Positions 27,896-36,831 of a stretch of DNA of 64,000 nucleotides are shown in pieces (positions within the stretch are counted from its first letter, which is position 1; each line of letters begins with the position of its first letter). Source of the DNA: Collinsella sp. (GTDB lineage: Bacteria > Actinomycetota > Coriobacteriia > Coriobacteriales > Coriobacteriaceae); assembly GCA_048245415.1 (NCBI GenBank), contig DBFBAP010000011.1, forward strand, positions 74,532-138,531, given 5' to 3'. The notes beneath the pieces were generated by a model that worked only from the letters and a program-made list of their open reading frames with translations, was not told where the DNA came from and made no database searches. A program made the translations under genes and the position numbers.

Positions 27896-28098
27896 TGTCT
27901 GTCTCCTCTCCGGGACCCGCAGGTCCAATTGAAAAACGTGAAAAGCCGATTGACGGCGGCGCGGAGCATGGTGTCATGTAGGGCCTCCGCGCCGTATGTC
28001 ATCGGAGAGAGCCACTCGTGCCCGGCAGGAGTCACTTGCCGCACGCGGGGCTGGGGGTAGGTGAAAGGTGAGTCGGGGGGGGCAAGCCCCACTCTCGG

Positions 28099-29583
28099 TT
28101 AGGCCTGGACGCCCTTGGGGTCAATGCGCTTGACATCGAAGGAGCGGGCAACGCAGGCGCGGGCATCGGCCAGGTCGGCAAAATCGCCGCCGGCGATCAT
28201 CTGCACGATAAAGTTGCCGATGCAGGTACCCTCGATGGGGCCGGCGAACACGGGGAGCCCGCAGGTGTCGGCCGTCATCTGGTTGAGGTAGTAATCCTGG
28301 CAACCGCCGCCCACGATGTTGATGCTCGTGTAGTCGTGACCCGAAAGCTCGCGCAGGCCCTCGATGGCCTTAGCATACGAACGGGACAGGCTGCAGTAGT
28401 TGGTGCGCATGATCTCGCCCACGGTGCGCGGAACCGGTTCGCCACCCTCGGCGCAGGCCTGCTTAATCTCCTGGATCATGGAGTCGGGAGCCAGGAAACG
28501 ATCGTCATCGACATCGACATAGGCCTCGAAGGGCTCGGCCTCGCGACAGAGCGCACGGAGCTCGTCAAAGCCGACCTTGTGATCCATGAGCGCCTTGTGC
28601 GAGGTCTTGCCCTCGACATAGTCGACGCCGTTGATCTCGCGGCGAACGGACTGGTTCATCCACAAGCCCATGATGTTCTTGAGGAAGCGGTAGCGCTTGA
28701 GGTAGCCGCCCTCGTTGGTAAAGTTCTGCTTGCGGGCGAGCTCGTTGGTGATGGCGTGCTGGTTCTCAACGCCCAGCAGGCTCCACGTACCGCTCGAGAT
28801 ATAGACGGCGTTGTCATCCTTGGCGGGAACGGCCAGGAAGGCGGAGCCGGTGTCGTGCGTAGCGGGCAGCACGACAGTCGCGGAATAGCCGATCTTCTCG
28901 GAGATGTCGGCCGTAAGCTCGCCGAGCACGGCACCAGGCATCGTCGGCTCCAAGAAGATGCCCTGGGGAATACCAAAGCGCGAGAGGATCTCGGTGTCCC
29001 ACGTGCACTTCTCGGCGTCGAGCATGCCGGTGGTGCTCGCGTTGGTGTACTCGTTGGCCTTAATGCCGGTCAGACGCCAGTTGAGATAATCCGGAATCAT
29101 CAGGAAGGTTCGGGCTGCCTCGAGTTGCTCGGGATGCTCGTTCTTAAGGGCGAGCAGCTGGTAGAGCGTATTGAAAGGCTGACGTTGAATACCGGTACGG
29201 GCATAGACCTCGGCCGGATCCATAATTTGGTCGGCAACTTCGTAGATGCCGTCAGTGCGGGCATCACGGTAGGCGACCGTGTCACGGACGATCTTGTTAT
29301 GCTCATCGAGCAGCACGAAGTCAACGCCCCAGGTATCAATACCGATGGTGGCCGGAGCCTGTCCGGTCTGATCCTTGACGGCACGCAGGCCTGCGACAAC
29401 ATGGTCGAACAGAGCCTCAACGTCCCAGCAGTCGTGATCGCCTATGCGCTTCTGCTCGTTATCGAAGCGGTAAACCTCCTGGTAGGACATCTTGCCCTCC
29501 TCGACCCAGCCAGCAAGGACGCGACCGCTCGAAGCACCGATATCGACTGCTGCGTAATGCTTGGACTCGATGCGACTCTCCAT
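28099..29583 (-). CDS. rhaB: Rhamnulokinase (FGGY family)
   Basis: AAVDIGASSGRV, IGIDTWGVDFVLLD, VAYRDARTDG, PFNTLYQLLAL, TNEGG..RYRFLKNIMGLW and NIVGGGCQ..LNQ match E. coli RhaB blocks. Start at ATG 29583 after AGGGAGAG. Confidence 0.88.
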   Translation of the reverse strand: MESRIESKHYAAVDIGASSGRVLAGWVEEGKMSYQEVYRFDNEQKRIGDHDCWDVEALFDHVVAGLRAVKDQTGQAPATIGIDTWGVDFVLLDEHNKIVRDTVAYRDARTDGIYEVADQIMDPAEVYARTGIQRQPFNTLYQLLALKNEHPEQLEAARTFLMIPDYLNWRLTGIKANEYTNASTTGMLDAEKCTWDTEILSRFGIPQGIFLEPTMPGAVLGELTADISEKIGYSATVVLPATHDTGSAFLAVPAKDDNAVYISSGTWSLLGVENQHAITNELARKQNFTNEGGYLKRYRFLKNIMGLWMNQSVRREINGVDYVEGKTSHKALMDHKVGFDELRALCREAEPFEAYVDVDDDRFLAPDSMIQEIKQACAEGGEPVPRTVGEIMRTNYCSLSRSYAKAIEGLRELSGHDYTSINIVGGGCQDYYLNQMTADTCGLPVFAGPIEGTCIGNFIVQMIAGGDFADLADARACVARSFDVKRIDPKGVQA

Positions 29584-29629
29584 GTGCTCTCCCTTTTTGA
29601 AGCGATTCATTTACGGTTTTCATTATTAT

Positions 29630-29643
29630 TTGAACCGTTTCAA
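29630..29643. promoter_or_regulatory. Candidate LacI-type operator upstream of rhaB
   Basis: TTGAACCGTTTCAA has 6 of 7 symmetric pairs and lies 47 nt upstream of the rhaB start. It is 11/14 identical to 22707-22720. Confidence 0.45.
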
Positions 29644-29729
29644 TTTCAATATGAGTCATATCCAGTCCGGTGAGCGGTTGTTTTCAATCGGTAAACGGTA
29701 GTCTTTTTTGGTTTGAACCCTATAGATAC

Positions 29730-29770
29730 AAAGATGCGGCCACCCGTGTTAAGCGGATGGCCGCATCTTT
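29730..29770 (-). terminator. Terminator of the HAD hydrolase gene
   Basis: 13-bp stem AAAGATGCGGCCA / TGGCCGCATCTTT. Confidence 0.7.
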
Positions 29771-29802
29771 AAAATGCTATTGAAATGGCTTACATGCAGA
29801 CG

Positions 29803-30453
29803 CTAGCGCACGGCCTTGACCGCCGCCGTAAGGTCGAACAGCGTATCGAGCACGGCCTCGCAGCCATCCACCACGTCCTGCGGCAGCGGCACGATATCGG
29901 GGACGGCAAAGACGTGGCAGCCGGCCGTAATGCCCGAGACGCAGCCGTTGCGCGAATCCTCGACCACGGCACATTCCTCGGGAGCAAAGCCCGCGCGCTC
30001 GCAGGCGAGCAGGTACATCTCGGGGTCAGGCTTGCCGTGTACGACGTCGCCGCCGCAGGTCACCGTCTCAAACTTGTCAAAGAGACCGAATGCTTTAAGG
30101 TTGCGCTCTGCGGTAACGTGGCGCGACGACGTCGCAAGGCCCACGTGATAGCCCGCCGCCAGCAGCTCGTCTAGGCACTCAGCGGCGCCGGCCTTAAGCT
30201 CCAGATCGGTCTTGACCATCTCGTCGCGAATCTCCTTGTGGCGGGCATAGATCGCCTCGGCGGTCTCGCGGCTGCCGTAATGCTCCTCGAGAATGCCCAT
30301 GACATCGGGCAGCGTGCGGCCGATAAACTGATGGATCAGCGCATCATCAATCGCGAGCCCCAGCTCGGCGGCGCCTGCCTTCCAGGCCTTAATCCCCAAA
30401 CGCTCGGTATCGACCAGCGTTCCATCCATGTCAAAAATAACAGCCTTGATCAT
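29803..30453 (-). CDS. HAD-superfamily hydrolase (beta-phosphoglucomutase-like subfamily IA)
   Basis: MIKAVIFDMDGTLVDTE motif I and ...VVEDSRNGCVSGITAG motif IV. Confidence 0.85.
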   Translation of the reverse strand: MIKAVIFDMDGTLVDTERLGIKAWKAGAAELGLAIDDALIHQFIGRTLPDVMGILEEHYGSRETAEAIYARHKEIRDEMVKTDLELKAGAAECLDELLAAGYHVGLATSSRHVTAERNLKAFGLFDKFETVTCGGDVVHGKPDPEMYLLACERAGFAPEECAVVEDSRNGCVSGITAGCHVFAVPDIVPLPQDVVDGCEAVLDTLFDLTAAVKAVR

Positions 30454-30627
30454 ATCGGTCCCCCATCGACTCGCGCTGTCATACTTTCGCTACTCTACCG
30501 CACTTTACGAACTTGTATATAACGTATATACCATATTGCACTTTCGTTACATAGATAGAAGTCTTATGGCGAGTGGCTCGGTAGGATTATAGTTTCGTCC
30601 GAGCTTTAATAACTGTAAGGAACTTTC

Positions 30628-31506
30628 ATGCTTTCAGACACCGCCGCACCCGCAGAGGAGCTTCAGGACAAACTCGCAGCACTCGAGCAGCTGCTTTTGG
30701 CATACGGACGCGTCGCCATCGGCTTTTCCGGCGGCGTCGATAGCAGCTTTTTGGCCGCCGTGTGTGCTCGCATCATGCCCGCCAACACGCTTCTCGTCCA
30801 CCTCACCACGCCGCTCATCGGTACGCCCGAACAGGCTTCGTTTGAGCGGTCCGTTGATGGACAAGCCAATGAGGGGCCGCATTTTAAGCTCCCCGTGCTC
30901 AATCTTTCGGTGGATCAGTTGCAGCTCCCCCGAGTAGCCTGCAACGATGCCAATCGCTGCTACCACTGCAAGCACGCCGGCTTTACCGCCATCGTCAACC
31001 ACGCCAAGTCGCTCGGCTTTCCCACCGTCATCGATGGCAGCAACGCGAGCGACCGCGGCGATTACCGTCCCGGCATGCGCGCCGCCGAAGAGCTCGGCGT
31101 ACGCTCCCCTCTCATGGAGGTCGGCTTTACCAAGGACGAAGAGCGCGAGCTGCTGCGCGCATGGGGCTATCCCGTTTGGAACCTGCCCGCCGGCGCCTGC
31201 CTCGCCACGCGCGTCCCCACGGGCGAGGAGCTTACGCGCGAAAAGGTTGATTTAATCCGCGCCTGCGAGGATTACCTGCACGATCTTGACCTGGCGCAGG
31301 TGCGTGCGCGCTTGGTCGGCGGCTGCATGCATATCGAGGCCGCACCCGCAGATGTCGCCAAGATTGCCACCCTCGGCGGTGCCGCCGTCGACGACAAGGG
31401 CAAGACCCCGCTGCCCGCCGTTATCGAGTCCGCGCTGCGCGAGCTGGGCTGCGACCATATCTCCCCCGAGGTCACCCCCTACATTCACGGCAACATGAAC
31501 CTTTAG
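30628..31506 (+). CDS. PP-loop ATP pyrophosphatase, LarE-like (adenine nucleotide alpha-hydrolase family)
   Basis: PP-loop FSGGVDSS, then DGSNASDRGDYRPGMRA and ACLATRVP, resembling LarE/TIGR00268-type proteins. No larB or larC is present in the window. Confidence 0.7.
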   Translation: MLSDTAAPAEELQDKLAALEQLLLAYGRVAIGFSGGVDSSFLAAVCARIMPANTLLVHLTTPLIGTPEQASFERSVDGQANEGPHFKLPVLNLSVDQLQLPRVACNDANRCYHCKHAGFTAIVNHAKSLGFPTVIDGSNASDRGDYRPGMRAAEELGVRSPLMEVGFTKDEERELLRAWGYPVWNLPAGACLATRVPTGEELTREKVDLIRACEDYLHDLDLAQVRARLVGGCMHIEAAPADVAKIATLGGAAVDDKGKTPLPAVIESALRELGCDHISPEVTPYIHGNMNL

Positions 31507-31563
31507 GTTACGCCGTTTTACAAACGGCGTAACTGCTCGGCGCTGCGCAGGCCCCGGGCACGG

Positions 31564-31723
31564 CAATCTGACGTTCAACTTCACGGGCGTGACCAAAAGG
31601 TCAGCGCCCGCTTGTTTCACGTCACCTTACCGCACCCGGAGCCTGCTCGCTCGCATATGCTCAACCTGGACTGCGTTAACTGACCTACCAAAAAGGGACA
31701 GATTTATTTTGGCAGGTTTTATC
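31564..31723 (+). repeat. Composite repeat, second copy: terminator-containing module (31564-31654) plus 39-nt hairpin copy C (31685-31723)
   Basis: It matches 16213-16300. Copy C reads CTACCAAAAAGGGACAGATTTATTTTGGCAGGTTTTATC, with 2 mismatches to copies A and D. Confidence 0.8.
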
Positions 31724-31806
31724 TTGTGAAAATATCGCGAGGCAGTCGCCCCTCTAGCACCCATCAAACTTCGAGAGACGATAGAGGGGCAATTCGGCTG
31801 CATCTA

Positions 31807-31935
31807 CTTCTTCCGATAGCGGCGGTTGCGGCTCGTCGACGAACCCATTACTTCGATGAGTCCTTTATCCGCCATTCTTGGCAGATGGTAGCGGACGGAC
31901 GAATTTTGGCATTCCGTCTCTCTAAAACAATAGAT
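31807..31935 (-). pseudogene. Possible remnant of the C-terminal winged-helix end of a larger gene
   Basis: The stop-to-stop frame reads ...SSVRYHLPRMADKGLIEVMGSSTSRNRRYRKK*, resembling C-terminal wHTH tails of the form xGLIExxGxxRxxxY. It has no start codon or N-terminal part. Confidence 0.2.
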
Positions 31936-32010
31936 TTATCTCTCTAACTTTAGAGAGATAAGCGCCTTGTTTTAGAGAGACATTTAGAGAGACGAGCGCA
32001 ATCTCTCTAA
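31916..32010. repeat. Array of six TCTCTCTAA / TTAGAGAGA 9-mers forming three inverted pairs
   Basis: Forward copies are at 31917, 31939 and 32002. Reverse copies are at 31950, 31972 and 31984. The outer 15-mer GTCTCTCTAAAACAA (31916-31930) is the exact complement of 31967-31981. The inner palindrome is TTATCTCTCTAA-CT-TTAGAGAGATAA. Confidence 0.9.
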
Positions 32011-32084
32011 TCAAGGGCTCCACTCTTTAAGGTGCACACTTCCTAACCGTGCCCTAAGTTGCGGTGAAATAACTCACGATTAGC

Positions 32085-32123
32085 CTGCCAAAAAGGGACA
32101 GGTTTATTTTGGCAGGTTTTATC
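32085..32123 (+). repeat. 39-nt GGGACAG-loop hairpin repeat, copy D
   Basis: Identical to copy A. It starts exactly 400 nt after copy C, in the same orientation. Confidence 0.9.
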
Positions 32124-32213
32124 TGGGGAAACGCAAATAGGGCCGTGACACCCATACGGCGTCGCGGCCCTTTTCCTTGGAGAAGGATCGATTGATTGAA
32201 CGGGACGACCGTT

Positions 32214-32666
32214 CTAGTCTTCAAGTCCGCTATTGATGAGCTCCGCAATTTCAACGGGATCGGTGCTCGCGCGCACCTTGTCACGGAAGCCGGCGTCCAT
32301 CAGCATCACGGCAGCCTTGGAGAGCAGACGCAGATGCGTGGTTCCGGCCTCGCCGGCGGGCACATACAGCGCGAGCGCAACATCGACGGGCACCCCATCG
32401 AAGCTCGGCCATTCAACGGGCTCGGCCAGTTTAAGCACGGCAACACCCGGCGTGTGGATCGCGTCGCTTTTGGCATGCGGAACGGCAAAACCGGCGACAA
32501 GGCCGGTCTCGGCCTCGTTCTCGCGAGCAATAAAGGCAGCCTCTACGGCAGATGCGTCATCGGCAAAACCGAGCTCGATTGCCTGCTCGGACAAATAATG
32601 CAGAGCGTCCTCGCGCGAGGCGGCGGTATACCCGATCGTCACTTGGTTGGCAGATACAAATCCCAT
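32214..32666 (-). CDS. PTS EIIA component (fructose/mannitol EIIA-2 family)
   Basis: 150 aa with a ...GFAVPHAKS... active-site His block. Confidence 0.8.
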   Translation of the reverse strand: MGFVSANQVTIGYTAASREDALHYLSEQAIELGFADDASAVEAAFIARENEAETGLVAGFAVPHAKSDAIHTPGVAVLKLAEPVEWPSFDGVPVDVALALYVPAGEAGTTHLRLLSKAAVMLMDAGFRDKVRASTDPVEIAELINSGLED

Positions 32667-32677
32667 GGAAACCTTCC

Positions 32678-33616
32678 TTACAACACGGACCTGACCGCAG
32701 CTTCGATGCCGTCGGCGTCCAAACCGTACTTGTGCAGCAAATCGACCGCAGGGCCGGACTCGCCGTACACATCGCGCACGCCGACGCGACGCATCGGCAC
32801 CGGATGCTGCTCCGCGAGCACCGAGGCCACGGCCTCGCCAAGACCACCGATAATCGAATGCTCCTCGGCAGTGACCACACGACCAGTCTTCTTGGCGCTG
32901 GCAACCACCAGGCGCTCATCAAGCGGCTTGATCGTGTGCATGTTGATGACCTCGGCATCGATACCATCGGCAGCGAGCGCCTCGGCAACCTCAAGTGCCT
33001 CGGCGACCATAAGGCCACAAGCGATGATGGTCACATCGGACCCCTCGCGCACGACCACGCCGCGACCAATCTTGAACTCATAGTCCTCGCGGTCGTTGAT
33101 GACCGGTGTTGCCAGGCGGCCGAAGCGCATGTAAACCGGCCCCTCAAACTCATAGGCGGCGCGCACGCAAGCGCGAGCCTCGATGTCATCGGCGGGAACG
33201 ATTACCGTCATACCCGGGATCGTGCGCATGAGCGCGATGTCCTCGCAGCACTGATGCGTTGCGCCGTCTTCACCGACCGAGATACCCGCATGCGTGGCGC
33301 CAATTTTGACGTTGAGGTGCGGATAGCCGATGGAATTACGCACTTGTTCGTACGCGCGGCCGGCGGCGAACATGGCAAAGGTACTCGAAAAGGCGACATG
33401 GCCCGTAGTCGCAATGCCAGCGGCGAGCCCCATCAAGTTGCTCTCGGCAATGCCGGCATCGTAGAAGCGCTCAGGATGGGCGGCCTTAAACTTACCCGTC
33501 TGCGTAGCGGCGGCCAGGTCGGCGTCGAGCACCACAAAGTCATCGTGCTCATTGCCCAGCTCGACAAGTGCCTCGCCATAGCTAACGCGCGTGGCGACTT
33601 TCTTGACGTCTGCCAT
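32678..33616 (-). CDS. Transketolase, C-terminal (pyrimidine-binding) subunit
   Basis: RVSYGEALVELG..., FYDAGIAESNLMGLAAG and GATHQCCEDIALMR. A TAATG overlap links it to the N-terminal subunit gene. Confidence 0.9.
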   Translation of the reverse strand: MADVKKVATRVSYGEALVELGNEHDDFVVLDADLAAATQTGKFKAAHPERFYDAGIAESNLMGLAAGIATTGHVAFSSTFAMFAAGRAYEQVRNSIGYPHLNVKIGATHAGISVGEDGATHQCCEDIALMRTIPGMTVIVPADDIEARACVRAAYEFEGPVYMRFGRLATPVINDREDYEFKIGRGVVVREGSDVTIIACGLMVAEALEVAEALAADGIDAEVINMHTIKPLDERLVVASAKKTGRVVTAEEHSIIGGLGEAVASVLAEQHPVPMRRVGVRDVYGESGPAVDLLHKYGLDADGIEAAVRSVL

Positions 33617-34446
33617 TAGAGCTCCTCCCCTGCTGCTGCGAGCTCGGCCATGGCCTGCTCAAACTGTTCATCGTTGGGTGCCTTGCCGTGCCAGCCAACC
33701 TGGTTCTCCATAAAGGAGACGCCTTTGCCCTTCACCGTCTCGGCGATGATAGCGACGGGCACGCCGGTCACCTCACGAGCCTCAGCGAAAGCCGCCTCAA
33801 TCTGCGCCATGTCGTTACCGTCGGCGAGCTCGATCACATGCCACTTAAAGGCGCGGAACTTGTCAGCGAGCGGCATGGCCGAGTTGACCTCATCGATCGT
33901 GCCGTCAATCTGCAAGCCGTTGTGGTCGACGACGGCAACAAGATTGTCGAGTGCATGGTTGCCGGCGAACATGGCCGCCTCCCACACCTGGCCTTCCTCG
34001 CACTCACCGTCGCCCAGCAACGTGTAGACACGGTAGCCGTCGCCCCAGTGCTTAGCGGCAAGCGCCATTCCAACTGCAGCAGAGATGCCCTGACCGAGCG
34101 ATCCGGTGGACATATCGATGCCAGGGGCGTCGTTCATGTTGGGATGGCCCTGCAGTCGGCTGCCAATATGGCGGAGTGTCTCGAGCTCTTCGACGGGAAA
34201 ATAGCCGCGATTTGCCAACACCGAATACAGGCCCGGCGCCGCGTGACCCTTGGAGAGCACAAAGCGATCGCGATCGGCCTTGTGAGGGTCGGCAGGATCG
34301 ATATTCATTTCCTCAAAGTACAGATACGTCATGATGTCGGCAGCACCGAGCGATCCACCCGGGTGTCCCGACTTGGCCGCGTGAACCGCAGTCACGACAC
34401 CCTTCCTGACCTCATTGGCGACCTTCGCCAGCTCCTGGTTGGTCAT
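33616..34446 (-). CDS. Transketolase, N-terminal (TPP-binding) subunit
   Basis: AKSGHPGGSLGAADIMTYLYF, DRFVLSKGHAAPGLY and GDGECEEGQVWEA. Confidence 0.9.
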   Translation of the reverse strand: MTNQELAKVANEVRKGVVTAVHAAKSGHPGGSLGAADIMTYLYFEEMNIDPADPHKADRDRFVLSKGHAAPGLYSVLANRGYFPVEELETLRHIGSRLQGHPNMNDAPGIDMSTGSLGQGISAAVGMALAAKHWGDGYRVYTLLGDGECEEGQVWEAAMFAGNHALDNLVAVVDHNGLQIDGTIDEVNSAMPLADKFRAFKWHVIELADGNDMAQIEAAFAEAREVTGVPVAIIAETVKGKGVSFMENQVGWHGKAPNDEQFEQAMAELAAAGEEL

Positions 34447-34509
34447 ACGAATTCCTCTCTTGAGAACAACCCCGGCACCGGATGACGCGATGCCGGGGCA
34501 ATCCACTCG

Positions 34510-35193
34510 TTAAGCCTGAGCGACGACCTTCTGCCAGTCAGCCTCAAAAGAGGCAAGGCCCTGGTCGGTCAGCGGGTGATGCAGGCATTTCTTAAGAGCA
34601 GCCATGGGGACGGTCGCAATATCGGCACCGAGCAGCGCCGCCTGGGTCACGTGATTGGGCGTACGGACGGATGCGGTGATGATCTCGACGGTGTCGTCGA
34701 CGTTCTTGCCAGTCCAGTCATAGTTCTTGATGCAGGTCACAACGTTGTCGAGCTGCGAAATACCGTCCTCGGCGATGTCGTCGAAGCGTCCCACAAACGG
34801 GCTGATGTAGCGAGCGCCGGCGTTGGCGGCCATAAGGGCTTGCGTCGGCGAGAAGACGAGCGTCATGTTGACGCGCACGCCTGCATCGGCCAGGGCGCGG
34901 CAGGCGGCGAGGCCGGCCTCGCACACGGGGAGCTTGACCACAATGTTGGGGGCGAGGGCGGCAAGGCGCTTGCCCTCCTCGATCATGCCCTCGGCAGTAG
35001 TCGCGGTGGACTCGGCAGACACGGGCAGACCCTCGCAGAGCTCGGCAATCTTGAGCATATGGGGCTCAAAGTCGGCCAGCTTGCCGCCGGTCTTGGCGTA
35101 CAGGGACGGGTTGGTGGTGACGCCGGCAAGGCAACCCCAGCTCTTGGCCTCGGCGATCTCGTCAAGGTTGGCGGTATCGATAAAGAACTTCAT
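34510..35193 (-). CDS. Fructose-6-phosphate aldolase / transaldolase (TalC/FSA subfamily)
   Basis: MKFFIDTANLDEI...GVTTNPSL...VKLP...RYISPFVGR. Confidence 0.88.
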   Translation of the reverse strand: MKFFIDTANLDEIAEAKSWGCLAGVTTNPSLYAKTGGKLADFEPHMLKIAELCEGLPVSAESTATTAEGMIEEGKRLAALAPNIVVKLPVCEAGLAACRALADAGVRVNMTLVFSPTQALMAANAGARYISPFVGRFDDIAEDGISQLDNVVTCIKNYDWTGKNVDDTVEIITASVRTPNHVTQAALLGADIATVPMAALKKCLHHPLTDQGLASFEADWQKVVAQA

Positions 35194-35254
35194 GGTGCAA
35201 AACTCCTTCAAATGAATAGCTAGCAATCTAAGGACAACGGGTCAATCACTGGTT

Positions 35255-35395
35255 GAACCAACGTCAGCGAGCGGGCAGCTGCCGTGGCAAGGTGGTGCGA
35301 AAGAGGAGCGACGCGTACTTTGGTACGCGAGCGACGGCTTGAGCGCCAGATTGCCCGGCAGATGCCCGCGCAGCGTCGACCGGTCCGGCGTTTGT
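35255..35395 (-). repeat. Long imperfect hairpin element, copy 2
   Basis: The 14-bp stem GCGGGCAGCTGCCG (35271-35284) / CGGCAGATGCCCGC (35356-35369) has 13 of 14 pairs. The apical hairpin is GCGTAC-TTTG-GTACGC (35313-35328). It aligns with 23943-24097. Confidence 0.7.
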
Positions 35396-35412
35396 CAAAA
35401 CGCCGGAACTAC

Positions 35413-36687
35413 TTAGTCCTCGAGGGCCTTCTCGATGCGGCTCGTGACGCCCTTGAGGTTAAGACCGACGACGTACTGCTTGATCGGGCGCTTGATGTGC
35501 TCGATCACAAAGCGCTTGCCGTCGATGTCCTGGGCAGCGAGGTTGCGATAGAGCTTCTCGACCTGCTCCTTGACCTCGGGATCGTTGAACGCGTAGTGGC
35601 CGGAGACATCCAGGATCTTCAGGCTGAGCTCGTCGTCGGCCAGAATGTCGTCAACCTGCAGGTTGACATCGTCGCCGGTCATCCACTTGCGCCAACGCTC
35701 GGTCTTGATAGCCTTGACCAGCAGCGTGTGATACAGGTCGGAGGGATCATCGCACAGGCCGTTGTCGACCAGAATCTGCTCGGTAGCGCAGAGCTTGAGG
35801 TAAGCGCGGGTCTCCTCGGTGCCGTACTGAGGGGCGACATTGGAGGCCGTCACGTGAGCCGGGATGTGCTCGAGCAGCGTCGCGTCATCCAGATAGTCGG
35901 CGTTGTGCTCCTTCAGGCCCACGCCGTAGCGCTTAGCCATGTCGGCGAGCTCGCGGGCATTCTTGAAGTTGTAATGACCGACCTGCTCGGTCCAACGGGT
36001 GAGCGTACCGGTCTGGCCGACGATAAAGGTGGGCATGGGGCAGCCGCGCTTCTCGAGCTCGGGCTGCAGCTGAGAAATGAACTCCTCGTACTTATCGGTA
36101 GAGGTCAAGCCACCATTGGTCTCCTCGGTACCGACCTCATAGGCAACCTCGGGCAGGTTATGCTCGCGACGGTACTGCTCAAGGTAGTCGATAAGATCGA
36201 TCGTGCGGCGAAGCACCACGTCGAGCGGAATAACCTTGCCGATCTGATAGGGGTCCTTGGTGGGGTCGACCATCAGCAGGTCAAAGCCTGCCTCCATGTC
36301 GGCGACGAAGGACTTGCGGGCGAGCTCCATGGCCTCGTCCTCGGGCAGGTGGGCGTTACGCTCCTCGTCGCGCTGCCACGGACCGCCGTGATCGCGGCAC
36401 AGGTAGTACGGACCGGTGTAACCCACCTCGTCGGCGACCTTCTTGATGTCGGCGGCAAAGCGCGTCTGGTCCCAACCGTTGACGTAGCCGGCGCCCATCT
36501 CGTCCATATCGACCTGGTTGCGGCTGGCGATAAACATGGGCGGGAAATCCTCGTCCTTGGCAAGCTCGAACACGGCCTGAATCAGGTTGGGGCTCATGGG
36601 GCCAATGCCGACCATGGTTGCGTGATCGCCGCTATCCTGCAGCTTGAGCATGCCCTGAACGGCCTGACGGATGGTGAGGTTGGACAT
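35413..36687 (-). CDS. GatZ/KbaZ/AgaZ-family protein (tagatose-bisphosphate aldolase accessory / tagatose-6-P kinase-like)
   Basis: 424 aa with IGPMSPNLIQAV..., FIASRNQVD, YLCRDHGGPW and EVGTEE blocks. Confidence 0.75.
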   Translation of the reverse strand: MSNLTIRQAVQGMLKLQDSGDHATMVGIGPMSPNLIQAVFELAKDEDFPPMFIASRNQVDMDEMGAGYVNGWDQTRFAADIKKVADEVGYTGPYYLCRDHGGPWQRDEERNAHLPEDEAMELARKSFVADMEAGFDLLMVDPTKDPYQIGKVIPLDVVLRRTIDLIDYLEQYRREHNLPEVAYEVGTEETNGGLTSTDKYEEFISQLQPELEKRGCPMPTFIVGQTGTLTRWTEQVGHYNFKNARELADMAKRYGVGLKEHNADYLDDATLLEHIPAHVTASNVAPQYGTEETRAYLKLCATEQILVDNGLCDDPSDLYHTLLVKAIKTERWRKWMTGDDVNLQVDDILADDELSLKILDVSGHYAFNDPEVKEQVEKLYRNLAAQDIDGKRFVIEHIKRPIKQYVVGLNLKGVTSRIEKALED

Positions 36688-36831
36688 TTTGTTCTCCTTC
36701 TCCAGAGGATTTTTGGCAAAAGTTCCCTGGGACCCAGATGCGGGCCCTATCAGTACGGATGGATTTTGTTGTGTAGGGGCGGTTGTGCGGAGTCAAATCC
36801 ATCCCTCCGCACAACCGGAGTCCTTAAAGGT

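Noticed and set aside
31916-32010. CRISPR-like array
   Set aside because: The repeats are only 9 nt, occur in both orientations, and have spacers of 2-20 nt. There are no cas genes. This is not CRISPR architecture.
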